NCBI GenBank assembly: GCA_024276825.1
Contig: JAJRWI010000062.1
Span: 1 to 57,736, forward strand
Source of the DNA: an archaeon
Lineage (GTDB): Archaea; Asgardarchaeota; Thorarchaeia; Thorarchaeales; Thorarchaeaceae
Direction: 5' to 3'
Length of the DNA: 57,736 nt
In this document: positions 8,942 to 18,700 of the stretch, one piece after another
How the letters are laid out: each line of letters begins with the position of its first letter
How positions within the stretch are numbered: position 1 is the first letter of the stretch
Made by a program: the position numbers and the translations under genes
The notes under the pieces: model-generated
Told to the model about the DNA's origin: nothing
The model's database searches: none
What the model saw: only the letters and a program-made list of their open reading frames with translations

Positions 8942-9553
8942 TTACTGTTTAATGCTGTCTAACAGCGTCTGCAGGTATTTTTCAACAGTGGGCGAGTCAA
9001 TAGTAGTATTCCATCTCTCAACGAATTCTGCATAGTAGGAGAGTTCATTGATGGTCCCACGTCCAAGTTCCAGCAAGAATTTCTTGTCAACATAATCACC
9101 CTTACCAAGGCCAGGACATATGTGACTGATAGCGCTAATCCCCCACCTAAGACCGTTATCTTTCATCTTGAAGGTAAATGGAAAAGTGCGGCACACCGCA
9201 GGGCGGACAGGATATATTATGCATTTATTATCCTCAAGAAATATGCAGGACCCATCCTCCAATTTCCTTATAGCAACATATGCAAGACCCTTCTCTGTCA
9301 TAATTGGCGGGATGTCCCGCATACCTTCAGGAAGAGAGTGCTCATTTTCAATAAGATAGAAATCAAGGGCATGAAGTGTTTCAGATGCATCAAGTCCAAG
9401 TGCTGTTGCAATCCGTAGAATGTCCTTTCCAGTCACAGTGACAACAAGATTGGATTGGCGGCAGCAGGCCCCACAGTTCTGACATTCGAACCGGATATCT
9501 CTAATGAAACTCAGACTCGCCACCTGCTTACAGAAGATTCGGAAGATAGTCAT
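8942..9553 (-). CDS. YkgJ family cysteine-cluster (Zn/Fe-chelating) protein
   Basis: FECQNCGACC, CIFLEDNKCIIYPVRPAVCRTFPF, CPGLG. Confidence 0.88.
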   Translation of the reverse strand: MTIFRIFCKQVASLSFIRDIRFECQNCGACCRQSNLVVTVTGKDILRIATALGLDASETLHALDFYLIENEHSLPEGMRDIPPIMTEKGLAYVAIRKLEDGSCIFLEDNKCIIYPVRPAVCRTFPFTFKMKDNGLRWGISAISHICPGLGKGDYVDKKFLLELGRGTINELSYYAEFVERWNTTIDSPTVEKYLQTLLDSIKQ

Positions 9554-10694
9554 TCAGTCGCTTCATTCCTTCTTCAATATCCTCCATAGATGCGGCGTAG
9601 GAAAATCTCAGGTTATAATCCCATGCATCACCAAAGACCTTGCCAGGTGCGGTGCAGACGCCAGTCTTCTTAAGAATCAATTCTGCAAGAGTCATGCTAC
9701 TGAGACCGTATTCTGAAAAGTCTGGGAATACATAAAATGCGCCCTTGGGATTGGGACAAGAAACGCCATCCATCTCACGGAGAAGTTTCACAATCATGTC
9801 GCGTCGCTTCTGATACGAGTCAATCATTCTTTGTATTGAACTCTGGTCGCCGCGAAGGGCCTCAACACCAGCGATTTGTACAAATGAGGGAGCACAGGAG
9901 GTTGTGTTCTGCTGGATACGAACCATATTATCAATGGTCTCTTCATTTCCGATAGCGAATCCCAGCCTCCAGCCAGTCATTGAATAAGTCTTCGAAAACC
10001 CGCTGATTACAATGGTCTGCTCCATGGACTTGTCAATCTCAAGCATCGAGGGTTGTTTAAACCCATCATAGACAAGAGCCTCGTAGATCTCATCACTAAA
10101 GACTGCAAAGTCACGGTCCACAGCAAGGTCGTATATAAGCCTGAGTTGTTCGCTATCGAGTAATCCACCAGTAGGATTGTTAGGACTGTTAATTACAATT
10201 GCTGACACAGTCTTGGCGGCTGCACATTTAAGCGCCTCCTCATCAAGGTCATAACCTGCACTTGTTGAAACATCAACAGGCTTTGCACCTGCAGTTCTGA
10301 TCATGACCCTGTAAGTGGGCCAAGCAGGCGAGAGTACAAGCACATCATCACCAATATCGAGTGTGGAGAGAAAACCCTGAAACAGTGCCATCTTTGCACC
10401 AGGAGTGACAATGACATTCTTCCTGCCATCAATCTTTATTCCTCGTTTGCCATAGAACTCTTCGATTGCATCGAGCAAAGGAGGTGCACCGCGAGCTGAG
10501 ACATAACGAGTGTATCCATCGCGCAGGGCCTTTATCCCTGCATCCACAATGTTCTTGGGTGTGGGAAAATCTGGCTGCCCTACTTCAAAATGATATATTC
10601 TTTGACCCTTCGCCTCCAGACGCTTGGCTAGGTCGAACATTCTAAGAGTGCCGGAGGGGGGTATTTGTTGCATCTTGTGCGATGTCCAATCCAT
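9528..10694 (-). CDS. PLP-dependent class I/II (aspartate-type) aminotransferase
   Basis: GQPDF, NSPNNPTG, SDEIY, SKTYSMTGWRLG; start at ATG 10694. Confidence 0.93.
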   Translation of the reverse strand: MDWTSHKMQQIPPSGTLRMFDLAKRLEAKGQRIYHFEVGQPDFPTPKNIVDAGIKALRDGYTRYVSARGAPPLLDAIEEFYGKRGIKIDGRKNVIVTPGAKMALFQGFLSTLDIGDDVLVLSPAWPTYRVMIRTAGAKPVDVSTSAGYDLDEEALKCAAAKTVSAIVINSPNNPTGGLLDSEQLRLIYDLAVDRDFAVFSDEIYEALVYDGFKQPSMLEIDKSMEQTIVISGFSKTYSMTGWRLGFAIGNEETIDNMVRIQQNTTSCAPSFVQIAGVEALRGDQSSIQRMIDSYQKRRDMIVKLLREMDGVSCPNPKGAFYVFPDFSEYGLSSMTLAELILKKTGVCTAPGKVFGDAWDYNLRFSYAASMEDIEEGMKRLNDYLPNLL

Positions 10695-10852
10695 TAACAG
10701 ACCACCATCAATCGCATCGCGGCCAAGAGTATGCTTGACTGGAGTGCCTTTCCCACAATACTTCAATTATATGGTTTTTGGATAGACCATTATCATGGAA
10801 CATCACTTTGAAAGGAAGATTTTTATCAAAAGCACCAGACAACAAGCCGATA

Positions 10853-11281
10853 ATGATGAACTCGACTGAGGATGCTATTCAAAAGTTCAAAATGCTAGCT
10901 ATCATATTCATAATTTACTCAGTGGCTCTCCCGATGATGAGCTATGTGATTCAGTCTCCAGTGACGCAGGAGTTGACACTATTATCATGGATGTTCATTC
11001 TCATAATGCCAATGGAGTTTATCATGCTATATCCAATCTATCTCTTCATCAGGAAAAACTTCAATCAGAAATCGCCCATTGGCCCAGCACTGTTGATGTA
11101 CACGCCGAGTGTGACACCAGCGGTATATGCTCTGATGGCCTCATTGATTTCACCATCAATGAGAATACTTGCCGTGGGACTTGGAATAACAAGTTCATTT
11201 ATGGGAATATTATTGGCATTCATCCTGCTCTCGCGGCTAATTGAGGAGGACTTGCCACAGGATCTCGATACTCAGGTTTAA
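10853..11281 (+). CDS. Four-TM membrane protein of unknown function
   Basis: Four hydrophobic segments; start placed at MMNSTED. Confidence 0.6.
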   Translation: MMNSTEDAIQKFKMLAIIFIIYSVALPMMSYVIQSPVTQELTLLSWMFILIMPMEFIMLYPIYLFIRKNFNQKSPIGPALLMYTPSVTPAVYALMASLISPSMRILAVGLGITSSFMGILLAFILLSRLIEEDLPQDLDTQV

Positions 11282-12123
11282 TTCGACCAGTCGCGAATTG
11301 CACTCGAACATGATTCCTTCAATTTATCAATCTGATAATCAGTGCCAAGTTCTTTAATTCTCTCGGGCAGCACTTCACCAAGGCCCAGCTCGTAAGCGCG
11401 TTTCAGAACAGGTATCTGGGGCGGTTCAAGTCTGAATAGAGAAACGCAGTATGAGTCAACTGCGATGGCATCAGTCCCTACAACTACCCCACCAATATGA
11501 CGTATCAGACCATCTTCTCTGTTTCCAATAACAACATCACCCAGTTCCAGTATTGTAAGAGTGGGTCTATAATACTCAAGCAGATCAAGAAGAACATCAT
11601 CAAGGAATGGATGAAGGGGCTCCTTATTCACCTGAGGCAGCAGGCCGAACAGATTCTTGATGGCTCCAGAATAGGTCATATCCTGAGGATTAATCTTGAG
11701 AGTAGCAAGGTTGATTAAAAATGAGTTTCTTGAAATGGAATCAGATAAAACAGCCTCTTTGAGATAATGACCTGACATCCTGTAATTTGAACAATGCGAC
11801 TTTGAGAGATTCACTAGACTGACATTGTCACCCACAAGCTGATCAAGCCTTAAGGCCTTGAAAGCATCATTAGCCGATCTAGTTCTAGTATCGCTTTCAA
11901 CAATGATGATATCTGAAACATTCTCAAATATTCGAACAACACTGCGGATGATATCTGGAGACGTGTTTCCAGGAAGTTCAGGGTCATAGATAGATGGTTT
12001 GATCACAATTTTATCAACTGTTGTATCGATGTTGAGAGAAGAGTGTAATCTGGAGAGAGCTTTTTGCAATGACTCGTGCATGTTGCGTCTGAATGCAACT
12101 GACACCTCAGAACTATGTTTCAT
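11278..12123 (-). CDS. DUF362 family protein
   Basis: IVIKPS, T-S-P, INLATLK, SGAIKNLFGL, DAIAVD, AYELGLG. Confidence 0.8.
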   Translation of the reverse strand: MKHSSEVSVAFRRNMHESLQKALSRLHSSLNIDTTVDKIVIKPSIYDPELPGNTSPDIIRSVVRIFENVSDIIIVESDTRTRSANDAFKALRLDQLVGDNVSLVNLSKSHCSNYRMSGHYLKEAVLSDSISRNSFLINLATLKINPQDMTYSGAIKNLFGLLPQVNKEPLHPFLDDVLLDLLEYYRPTLTILELGDVVIGNREDGLIRHIGGVVVGTDAIAVDSYCVSLFRLEPPQIPVLKRAYELGLGEVLPERIKELGTDYQIDKLKESCSSAIRDWSN

Positions 12124-12184
12124 AGCCGAGCATAGAAGTGTAAGGCTTTAAATTAACTCATATGCATCTTCTAGTGGAATCACA

Positions 12185-13204
12185 ATGAGGCTCACATCAG
12201 AACTCAGAGAGAGATATTCCAGAATGCTTGCCCTGAGGGACTTTTCGGAGGAAGATATGGAACACATCATGAATACAACTGTGACCGTCGCAGGTTCTGG
12301 AGGACTGGGGAGCCCAATTCTTAGACTCGTTTCCGCCATAGGTTTCGGGCGAGTCAGAGTGATTGATAGGGACATCGTGGAACTCTCAAACATACAGCGT
12401 CAGACTGTTTTCAACACCGAAGACATAGGCAAGCCAAAGGCCGAGGCAGCAGTTGAGAACCTACGAAAAATGAACCCGGCTGTAGAATACGAGGCTCTCT
12501 GTATGTCAATAGAAAGTAGGAATGCTATCGATCTTCTTAAGGGGTCCGACATTGTCATAGATGGTCTTGACACATTTCAAGCTAGGCGGCATGTAAACAG
12601 GGCCATTCTGAAACTGGGGATTCCATACATATTCGCAGGCGCAGTTGAGTACTATGCAAACATAACGACAATCGTTCCAGGAAAGACCGGATGTTTGCAC
12701 TGCCTTATTGGTGATGCCAAAGACAATCCTGAGTATACTTGTGCTGTTGTAGGAGTCACACCAACTCTTCTCGCACTTGTCGCCGCTATTCAGGTTCAGG
12801 AGGCCATTCAGATTGCTACTGGCCGGGAGCCCATATTAGTCAACAAACTTATGACAATTGACATGGCCAGTCTTAGTTTTGACAGGTTTGAGATTGAGAG
12901 ATCAATCACATGTCCCATCTGCTCCAACATTGAGGCTGAGGTAGAGGAGAGTAATGATATTTCAGTACATATGCTCTGTTCAGGCAGTTTCAATGTGAGC
13001 CCAACACATATTATGAATCTTGATCTTGATGAGATTCAGCGTAAGATAGAGGCCAAGTATAATATAAAGAGGACACAGAAGCTTCTGATTGTGAAGATTC
13101 GAAAGGGTGTGAAGATGACCCTGATGTCTAGTGGAACTGCTGTTATCAGGGGAGTGAACTCAGTGGATGAGGCAAGAGACCTCTATCAGGAGATTGTCAA
13201 TTAG
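12185..13204 (+). CDS. ThiF/MoeB/UbaA E1-like adenylyltransferase
   Basis: RYSR, AGSGGLG, DRDIVELSNIQRQ, CLHC and CPIC Zn sites, TCAVVGV. Confidence 0.92.
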   Translation: MRLTSELRERYSRMLALRDFSEEDMEHIMNTTVTVAGSGGLGSPILRLVSAIGFGRVRVIDRDIVELSNIQRQTVFNTEDIGKPKAEAAVENLRKMNPAVEYEALCMSIESRNAIDLLKGSDIVIDGLDTFQARRHVNRAILKLGIPYIFAGAVEYYANITTIVPGKTGCLHCLIGDAKDNPEYTCAVVGVTPTLLALVAAIQVQEAIQIATGREPILVNKLMTIDMASLSFDRFEIERSITCPICSNIEAEVEESNDISVHMLCSGSFNVSPTHIMNLDLDEIQRKIEAKYNIKRTQKLLIVKIRKGVKMTLMSSGTAVIRGVNSVDEARDLYQEIVN

Positions 13205-14400
13205 GATTCCGAACCAAAGAATAGCAGCCTAGCACGTCGCTTTCTTTCTTCGTCGGTTTCATCGGGTTCTGGTGGGGGGGGCGGAGGCGGTGGACTTGTT
13301 TCGGAATGACTCTCTTCTAGGGGAGCTGGCACTGACTCCTCTATAGCATCAATATGCTCAACATCATCATCGTCTTTGGGCTCTTCAATATGGGCCTCAG
13401 ACTCATCATATGGACTCCAGACTTCTGTGTGCTCTTCATCTGATTCTTGGGTCTCGGTGGGTTGCACTTCTGGAGGAGGAGGGATGGGAATTGTGGATTC
13501 TCCATCGGGAGGGGTTGCTTCTTCTGTTGATACTGATTCTTCATGAGGAGTGACCATGTCTTCATATTCAGTCCATGTGAATCCTGATGACTCAGCCTCC
13601 TCTTGAGCTTCTGGCTCATGAGTTTCTGGTGTTTCTTCATCACTGACAGACGTTTCTGAGGATGTACTCACATCAGCCTCTTCTGCGGATGGTTGTGGAG
13701 ATGAAACATCGAGGTGATGAGGTTCCTCGATCTCGAATTCAGACTGAAAGTCCCGAGCTTGAGTTTCATCCGTCAATTCATCAAGTTCCTTGAGCCTATG
13801 TTCAGAGTCAAGTCCAATTTCAGGAATCTCTTCATCCTCAATGAATATCGGGGGACCCTCCAATACTTCACTCTCAGATGGTTCTTGAGTGGGAGTCCCT
13901 TCGTCCTCAGAGCGTTGAGGCGGCACTTCTGAATCTAAGACATGTTCATCTTCGACCTGTGCAGAAGGCTCCTTGGCATCAGGCGGGGTCTGTGAAACCT
14001 CGAAAGATGGTTCTGGTTCGGGTGGCTCATCAATTGTTGATGGCTCCTCAGTGGGTTCCCACCCCGTTTCAGATGACTTAGCTTGTGCGAGCTCAGAAGC
14101 CTCTTCTAATGTTTCTAATGGCATTTCAGGCCCAGGAATTGCGGGTTCAGCAGGAGGCTCTGAAGTGTCCCCCTTGCGTTTGAAACTGAGGCCCAGAGAT
14201 CTCTTCAGACAAGACTCGCACCTCCGTGCCGCGGCCTCGATACCTTCAGCAATAAACTCCTCTATGGGCTTTGCCTCATTTGGATGTCTTCGGGCCCATC
14301 TTATGAATGAGTCAATCATTCGAAGTGCATCGCGCACCCCAATCCAATATGAATCGTCTCTTTCTTCTGTTCCCATTGAGTTCACCAGTGTATTTATCAT
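13201..14400 (-). CDS. Acidic Pro/Glu-rich disordered protein with small helical N-domain and C-terminal polyproline-helix motif
   Basis: About 70-aa ordered N-terminus (YWIGVRDALRMIDSF, CESC), about 300 aa of E/P/S/D/T-rich sequence, then PPPPPPPP-EPDETDEERKRRARLLFFG. Confidence 0.75.
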   Translation of the reverse strand: MINTLVNSMGTEERDDSYWIGVRDALRMIDSFIRWARRHPNEAKPIEEFIAEGIEAAARRCESCLKRSLGLSFKRKGDTSEPPAEPAIPGPEMPLETLEEASELAQAKSSETGWEPTEEPSTIDEPPEPEPSFEVSQTPPDAKEPSAQVEDEHVLDSEVPPQRSEDEGTPTQEPSESEVLEGPPIFIEDEEIPEIGLDSEHRLKELDELTDETQARDFQSEFEIEEPHHLDVSSPQPSAEEADVSTSSETSVSDEETPETHEPEAQEEAESSGFTWTEYEDMVTPHEESVSTEEATPPDGESTIPIPPPPEVQPTETQESDEEHTEVWSPYDESEAHIEEPKDDDDVEHIDAIEESVPAPLEESHSETSPPPPPPPPEPDETDEERKRRARLLFFGSES

Positions 14401-14441
14401 ACAAAATTGAGAAAAGGCTTTGTATCATGCAATAACTACGA

Positions 14442-14879
14442 TCATCTGGTTGAGAGAATCTCAGTTATCAAGTCCTCAAGTATATTAATCAATTCTTTGT
14501 TCTTCTTTTTGCTTATTGGTCCAATAATGACTCTGGTCGGAGTTTTATCCCCCAAATTCTTGCGTATCTCATTCCGATACTTGGCCTCGGCCTTTGGATC
14601 CGGCTTTGGCAGTATAATAATGGCACCACTTGCACCCTTGTAGGTCATTGAGAAGAGAAGGTCTAGGGCAGAATGTCTGGGCGACATGAATACTGTCTTT
14701 ACATCCGTATCTTCCGTTTCAATCCCTGCTGAACTAATCTGAATGCCGTCAATTGAGAAAACTGGTTTGTGAAATATTCTCATGAACCTCTCAATCAGCT
14801 TGTCCTCAGGTCCCACCACTGTGATTTTAAAGAGATATCTGGCTTTCGCATCCTCATCAGACATGTTATGAGTCTCCAT
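14442..14879 (-). CDS. Degenerate Rab-like small GTPase (pseudo-GTPase)
   Basis: RYLFKITVVG and TYKGASGAIII align with Rab YLFKxxxxG and YYRGAxGALLV; G1, G3 and G4 motifs are absent. Confidence 0.6.
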   Translation of the reverse strand: METHNMSDEDAKARYLFKITVVGPEDKLIERFMRIFHKPVFSIDGIQISSAGIETEDTDVKTVFMSPRHSALDLLFSMTYKGASGAIIILPKPDPKAEAKYRNEIRKNLGDKTPTRVIIGPISKKKNKELINILEDLITEILSTR

Positions 14880-14971
14880 ATTCGCACAGAGTTAATTTCA
14901 TTACCAAATGAGAGATTCCTTATTTATAGGTATTCCATCTTTCATTGTTCAATAAATTGTGGTGCAAAAGG

Positions 14972-15313
14972 ATGAGATCGAAAGCAAGCCTGTTTTTCAT
15001 TGGCATGCTGATCACATTCGCTGGTGCGTTCCTTATCATACTGGGCTCAAATGTTGAGGGCTCATTCATATTCGTGTTCCCATTCTTCATAATTGGTGAT
15101 GCAGGCTCTGCTATAGTGCCCATTGTCGCTTTCTTTGTGGTTTCACTCCTGATATTCTATTACTTGGCCCTACAGATGACGCATGCTGCCCCTGAGGAGT
15201 ATCAATGGATCAAATGTGAGAATTGTGGAGCTATCATGCCACATACTGCTAATTATTGTGCCAACTGTGGATTTCCATTGAGGGAGAACATTGATGAGCA
15301 ATTCGGAGAGTGA
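14972..15313 (+). CDS. Membrane protein with C-terminal double zinc ribbon
   Basis: Hydrophobic N-terminus, FIFVFPFFIIG, CENCG...CANCG. Confidence 0.7.
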   Translation: MRSKASLFFIGMLITFAGAFLIILGSNVEGSFIFVFPFFIIGDAGSAIVPIVAFFVVSLLIFYYLALQMTHAAPEEYQWIKCENCGAIMPHTANYCANCGFPLRENIDEQFGE

Positions 15314-15319
15314 GTAAAT

Positions 15320-15784
15320 GTGGGGGTAAAATTCCGCTTAATTAATGAGAGGGATGTCAGAACGGTGATTGCGATTGAAAACATGTGCTTTCCAGAACCA
15401 TGGGAGGAGGAGGTGTTTGAGATATTTGCGGAGATGGGGAGCGAGATACATCATGGCCCTGAAATGAGTGTCATGCGAGTTGTTGAGCAGAACGAGGAGA
15501 TTGTGGGTTATGTTTTATGGAACTATCACTATCGAAAGCGATTGGGTCATATTCTAAACATTGCAGTGAGGACAGATCTTCAAGGAAGGGGAATTGGGAG
15601 GGAGATTCTGAAATATGCTCTTAATCAACTCAGAGAGATTGGCGCCGAGGAAGTGTATCTCGAAGTCAGGGAGAGTAATAGCAGGGCCATAAGGCTCTAT
15701 GAAACCTTTGGGATGAAGGCGAGTGGGAGAATCGAAGGATACTATAGCAACGAGGATGCTATCGTCTACTCAATAAAACTATGA
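15320..15784 (+). CDS. rimI: N-terminal protein acetyltransferase (RimI/Ard1 family GNAT)
   Basis: CFPEPW, GHILNIAV, QGRGIG, LEVRESNSRAIRLYE, YYSNEDA. Confidence 0.88.
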   Translation: MGVKFRLINERDVRTVIAIENMCFPEPWEEEVFEIFAEMGSEIHHGPEMSVMRVVEQNEEIVGYVLWNYHYRKRLGHILNIAVRTDLQGRGIGREILKYALNQLREIGAEEVYLEVRESNSRAIRLYETFGMKASGRIEGYYSNEDAIVYSIKL

Positions 15785-18700
15785 CACCTTAATACGTTCC
15801 CTAATTAGCCTTGGTCCTATCACATCGTGGTATAGTTGTAAGTAGGTCTTGTCTTGAGAGATTAATGCGACAGCAGTATCATCATCAGTGGCTCCACCCA
15901 CTAGAATCTCAGCATCATCAATTACTGTAAGCAGAACAGGGTTGTAAGTCTGCCATATTCTCCATCCGGTTAAAGAGGAGAGATCTGGATCAAGTTCATC
16001 AGAGTATGGTACTATCAATATTCTACTACTTGCTTGCTTTGCCTTGTTTAATTGCTTCACATTAATCTGCTTCAAGTCAGTGACTGAAATGAGAATGGAC
16101 TCCTTGGCATTCTTAGCCATGCTAGCAATGTGCGCGCGTATCTCTTCAACCCCTGCCAGATGCCAAGTCCTCTCAATGATTGAGGGTTTCAATTCATCGA
16201 TTATTTCGTTAATTGACTTTACAACCCCCACAATACTGTCAGTGGAAGCTCTAATGCTTTGTGTTGCATCTCCTAGCTGATTATAAATCGAGTCTATGTC
16301 CTTCTTCTGCTCAGTGGCCCAGTCTCTGATGATCTTGTCAGTCGATTCTTCCAGTCTATTAAGTATCTCATTACGCTTTTGTCTGAATTCTGCTGTGCTT
16401 GTGTTTGCTATTGCAGTAGCATTGTTCTCAGCCACATCGAGTTCGTTCTTAATCTCGGATATTTTCGTATCAGCAGTTTCAACAAAGGTCTTTATGCGAT
16501 TGCTCAGGTTGGACTTGAGTTCTATCCCGATTGACTCAAACTTGCGTGCAACTTGTTGATTTGATAGTAGTGAAATCCTGTGCATTTGTTCAGTAAAGTC
16601 CTCATAGCCCTTTATCATATTGTCAGAAATACGCTTGAGTGCTGTCGAGAACTCGTTAACAATACTCTCAGTGGATAATTCAATATCTAGCACTTCGGTG
16701 GATAGCTCATTACGGATGCGGTCATAGAGATTGGCTGCACTGGAAGTGGCGGCATCAATTGCAAGGTTGACGTCTTGTGCAAATCCATCAGGAGCTTCGT
16801 TGATCTTGCTCTGGGCACGTTGAAGTATTTCGAGATTGGCTTTGGCAAATGTGTTTTCTTGAGCCTTGTATATGCCCTCAAGTCGTTCTAGGTGAGTCTT
16901 ATGGATAGTCAGTATTTGTTCAATGTTGGAGGCACTACGCTCTATCATTGTATTCGTGATTGCATCTGACGTTTCTTTTAGCTTGTCAACAGTCAGTTGC
17001 ATATCAGCAGAGAGTTTTGAACATGTGGTGTCTACTTGGGAAACAAGGCCATTGTATAAATTGCGGATGGTCATTGATGCTGCATTAATGGCCAAAGTAG
17101 TTTCCTTTCTACGCTCATCAATAATATCAAAGAGCTCGTTCTTTGTTGCTATTTGTGTGGCATCATGGTCCTTTTTCGTTTCGCTCAATGAGGACGTGAT
17201 CTCGCCAATCTTCTTGGACCATGCCCTTGTTAGTTTAGCAGTGGTCTGATCCAGATTCTGACTGATGTCTGAAACACTTCTGTGACGAATCTCAGACTGT
17301 TCTGATAGCGTTGATTCCAAAGCTTCAATAATCAATCGTGTTGTCTTATCAAGGCTGTTTCTACTATAATCAGTAATGCTGGCAATTCTTTCAGACATAT
17401 TGAACTTAGTGGATTCAGCATTGTTTCTGAACTCATCGAGAACATGGCTGAGTTCATCGCCCATCTTCTTGACAGTGACTTCTTCAACTTCTTGAAGGAC
17501 CGTTTGAGCTGATTGCATGGTCTCCTCAATCTCATCACGGGCGCTTCTTATCAGAACAAACATCTCTTGCTTGCCAGAATGAGCAAATTCGTCAAGGTTG
17601 GCGCTTAGACTCTGACTGGTGTCACGAACATTGCTAAGATGTTGTTCAATATCAATCACGTATTTCTGTTTCAGTTTGGTGACATAGTCTTTGAGAGAGG
17701 TTGACTCGCTTCTCATTGTGGATTTGAACTCGGAGTAGATAGAGTTGATGAGCTCACGTGTTTCAGCTAATTGATTGGTCAATAGTGTATCAAAGGTGGA
17801 CTCAACACTCTGAATTAGACTGACCAGTTGCTCTGTGATATTCATGATCTCACTATGAAAGTTATCTCTAATTGTGAGGGCCTGGTCATCCATTACCGTG
17901 AGCTTTTCATTGATGACTGACTCTATCGATTTCTTAGTCTTGTTTATGTGTGAGGTCAGAGACCTAATTGTACTGGTCAGCTTTGCATCAATCTTGGCAT
18001 TGAATTCGTTATATAGAGCCTCAGCATCAAGTGAATATTGAGATGTTATTGTGGAGAACTCAGAAATCACCTCATTCAGTCGCTCATCAATCTTTGACTC
18101 GAATTCCTCCGCTGAATTGATGACGGTAGACATGAGTTTTGTTGAGGATTGTTTGGTCTTTGTTATCACATCATGAACAGTAGTCTTGATTCTATTTGTG
18201 AAGTTCGTGGATATTGTTGCGAGTTCATCTGTGTTTTGTAGGACAAGATCAATAATCTCCTCACCATTCTTCTTAAGCTGATTCTCCATGCCCTTACTTG
18301 TCTTTTTTGTGATTGTGTTGAGTTCTATCTGAAGACTCTCAATCGACTTTTCAATAATCTGGGTTTCTTTTGCAACTTCATCCCGAAGCTTTGAGAGAAT
18401 GGAACTCTTGGTCTGTTCCAGATGTTGTGAATACTCATCATCAATAGTAGAGATTACAGAAGAGAGAACTCCATAATAGTCATTTACAAAATCATTCACG
18501 CGGTCCATATGACCAGTAATAGTTGTACGAAGAGTGTCCACAAAACTCTGATCAATCTTGGATATTTGCTCAACCTGACTGTTGAGCGTCCGTGACATGT
18601 TATTAAGATACTCATAAGCATCTGCCTTCCAGGTATCCACAGTTTCAATTGTCTGAATGGATATATCGATGAAACTGTTCAACTGCTCCTTTGCTTGTTC

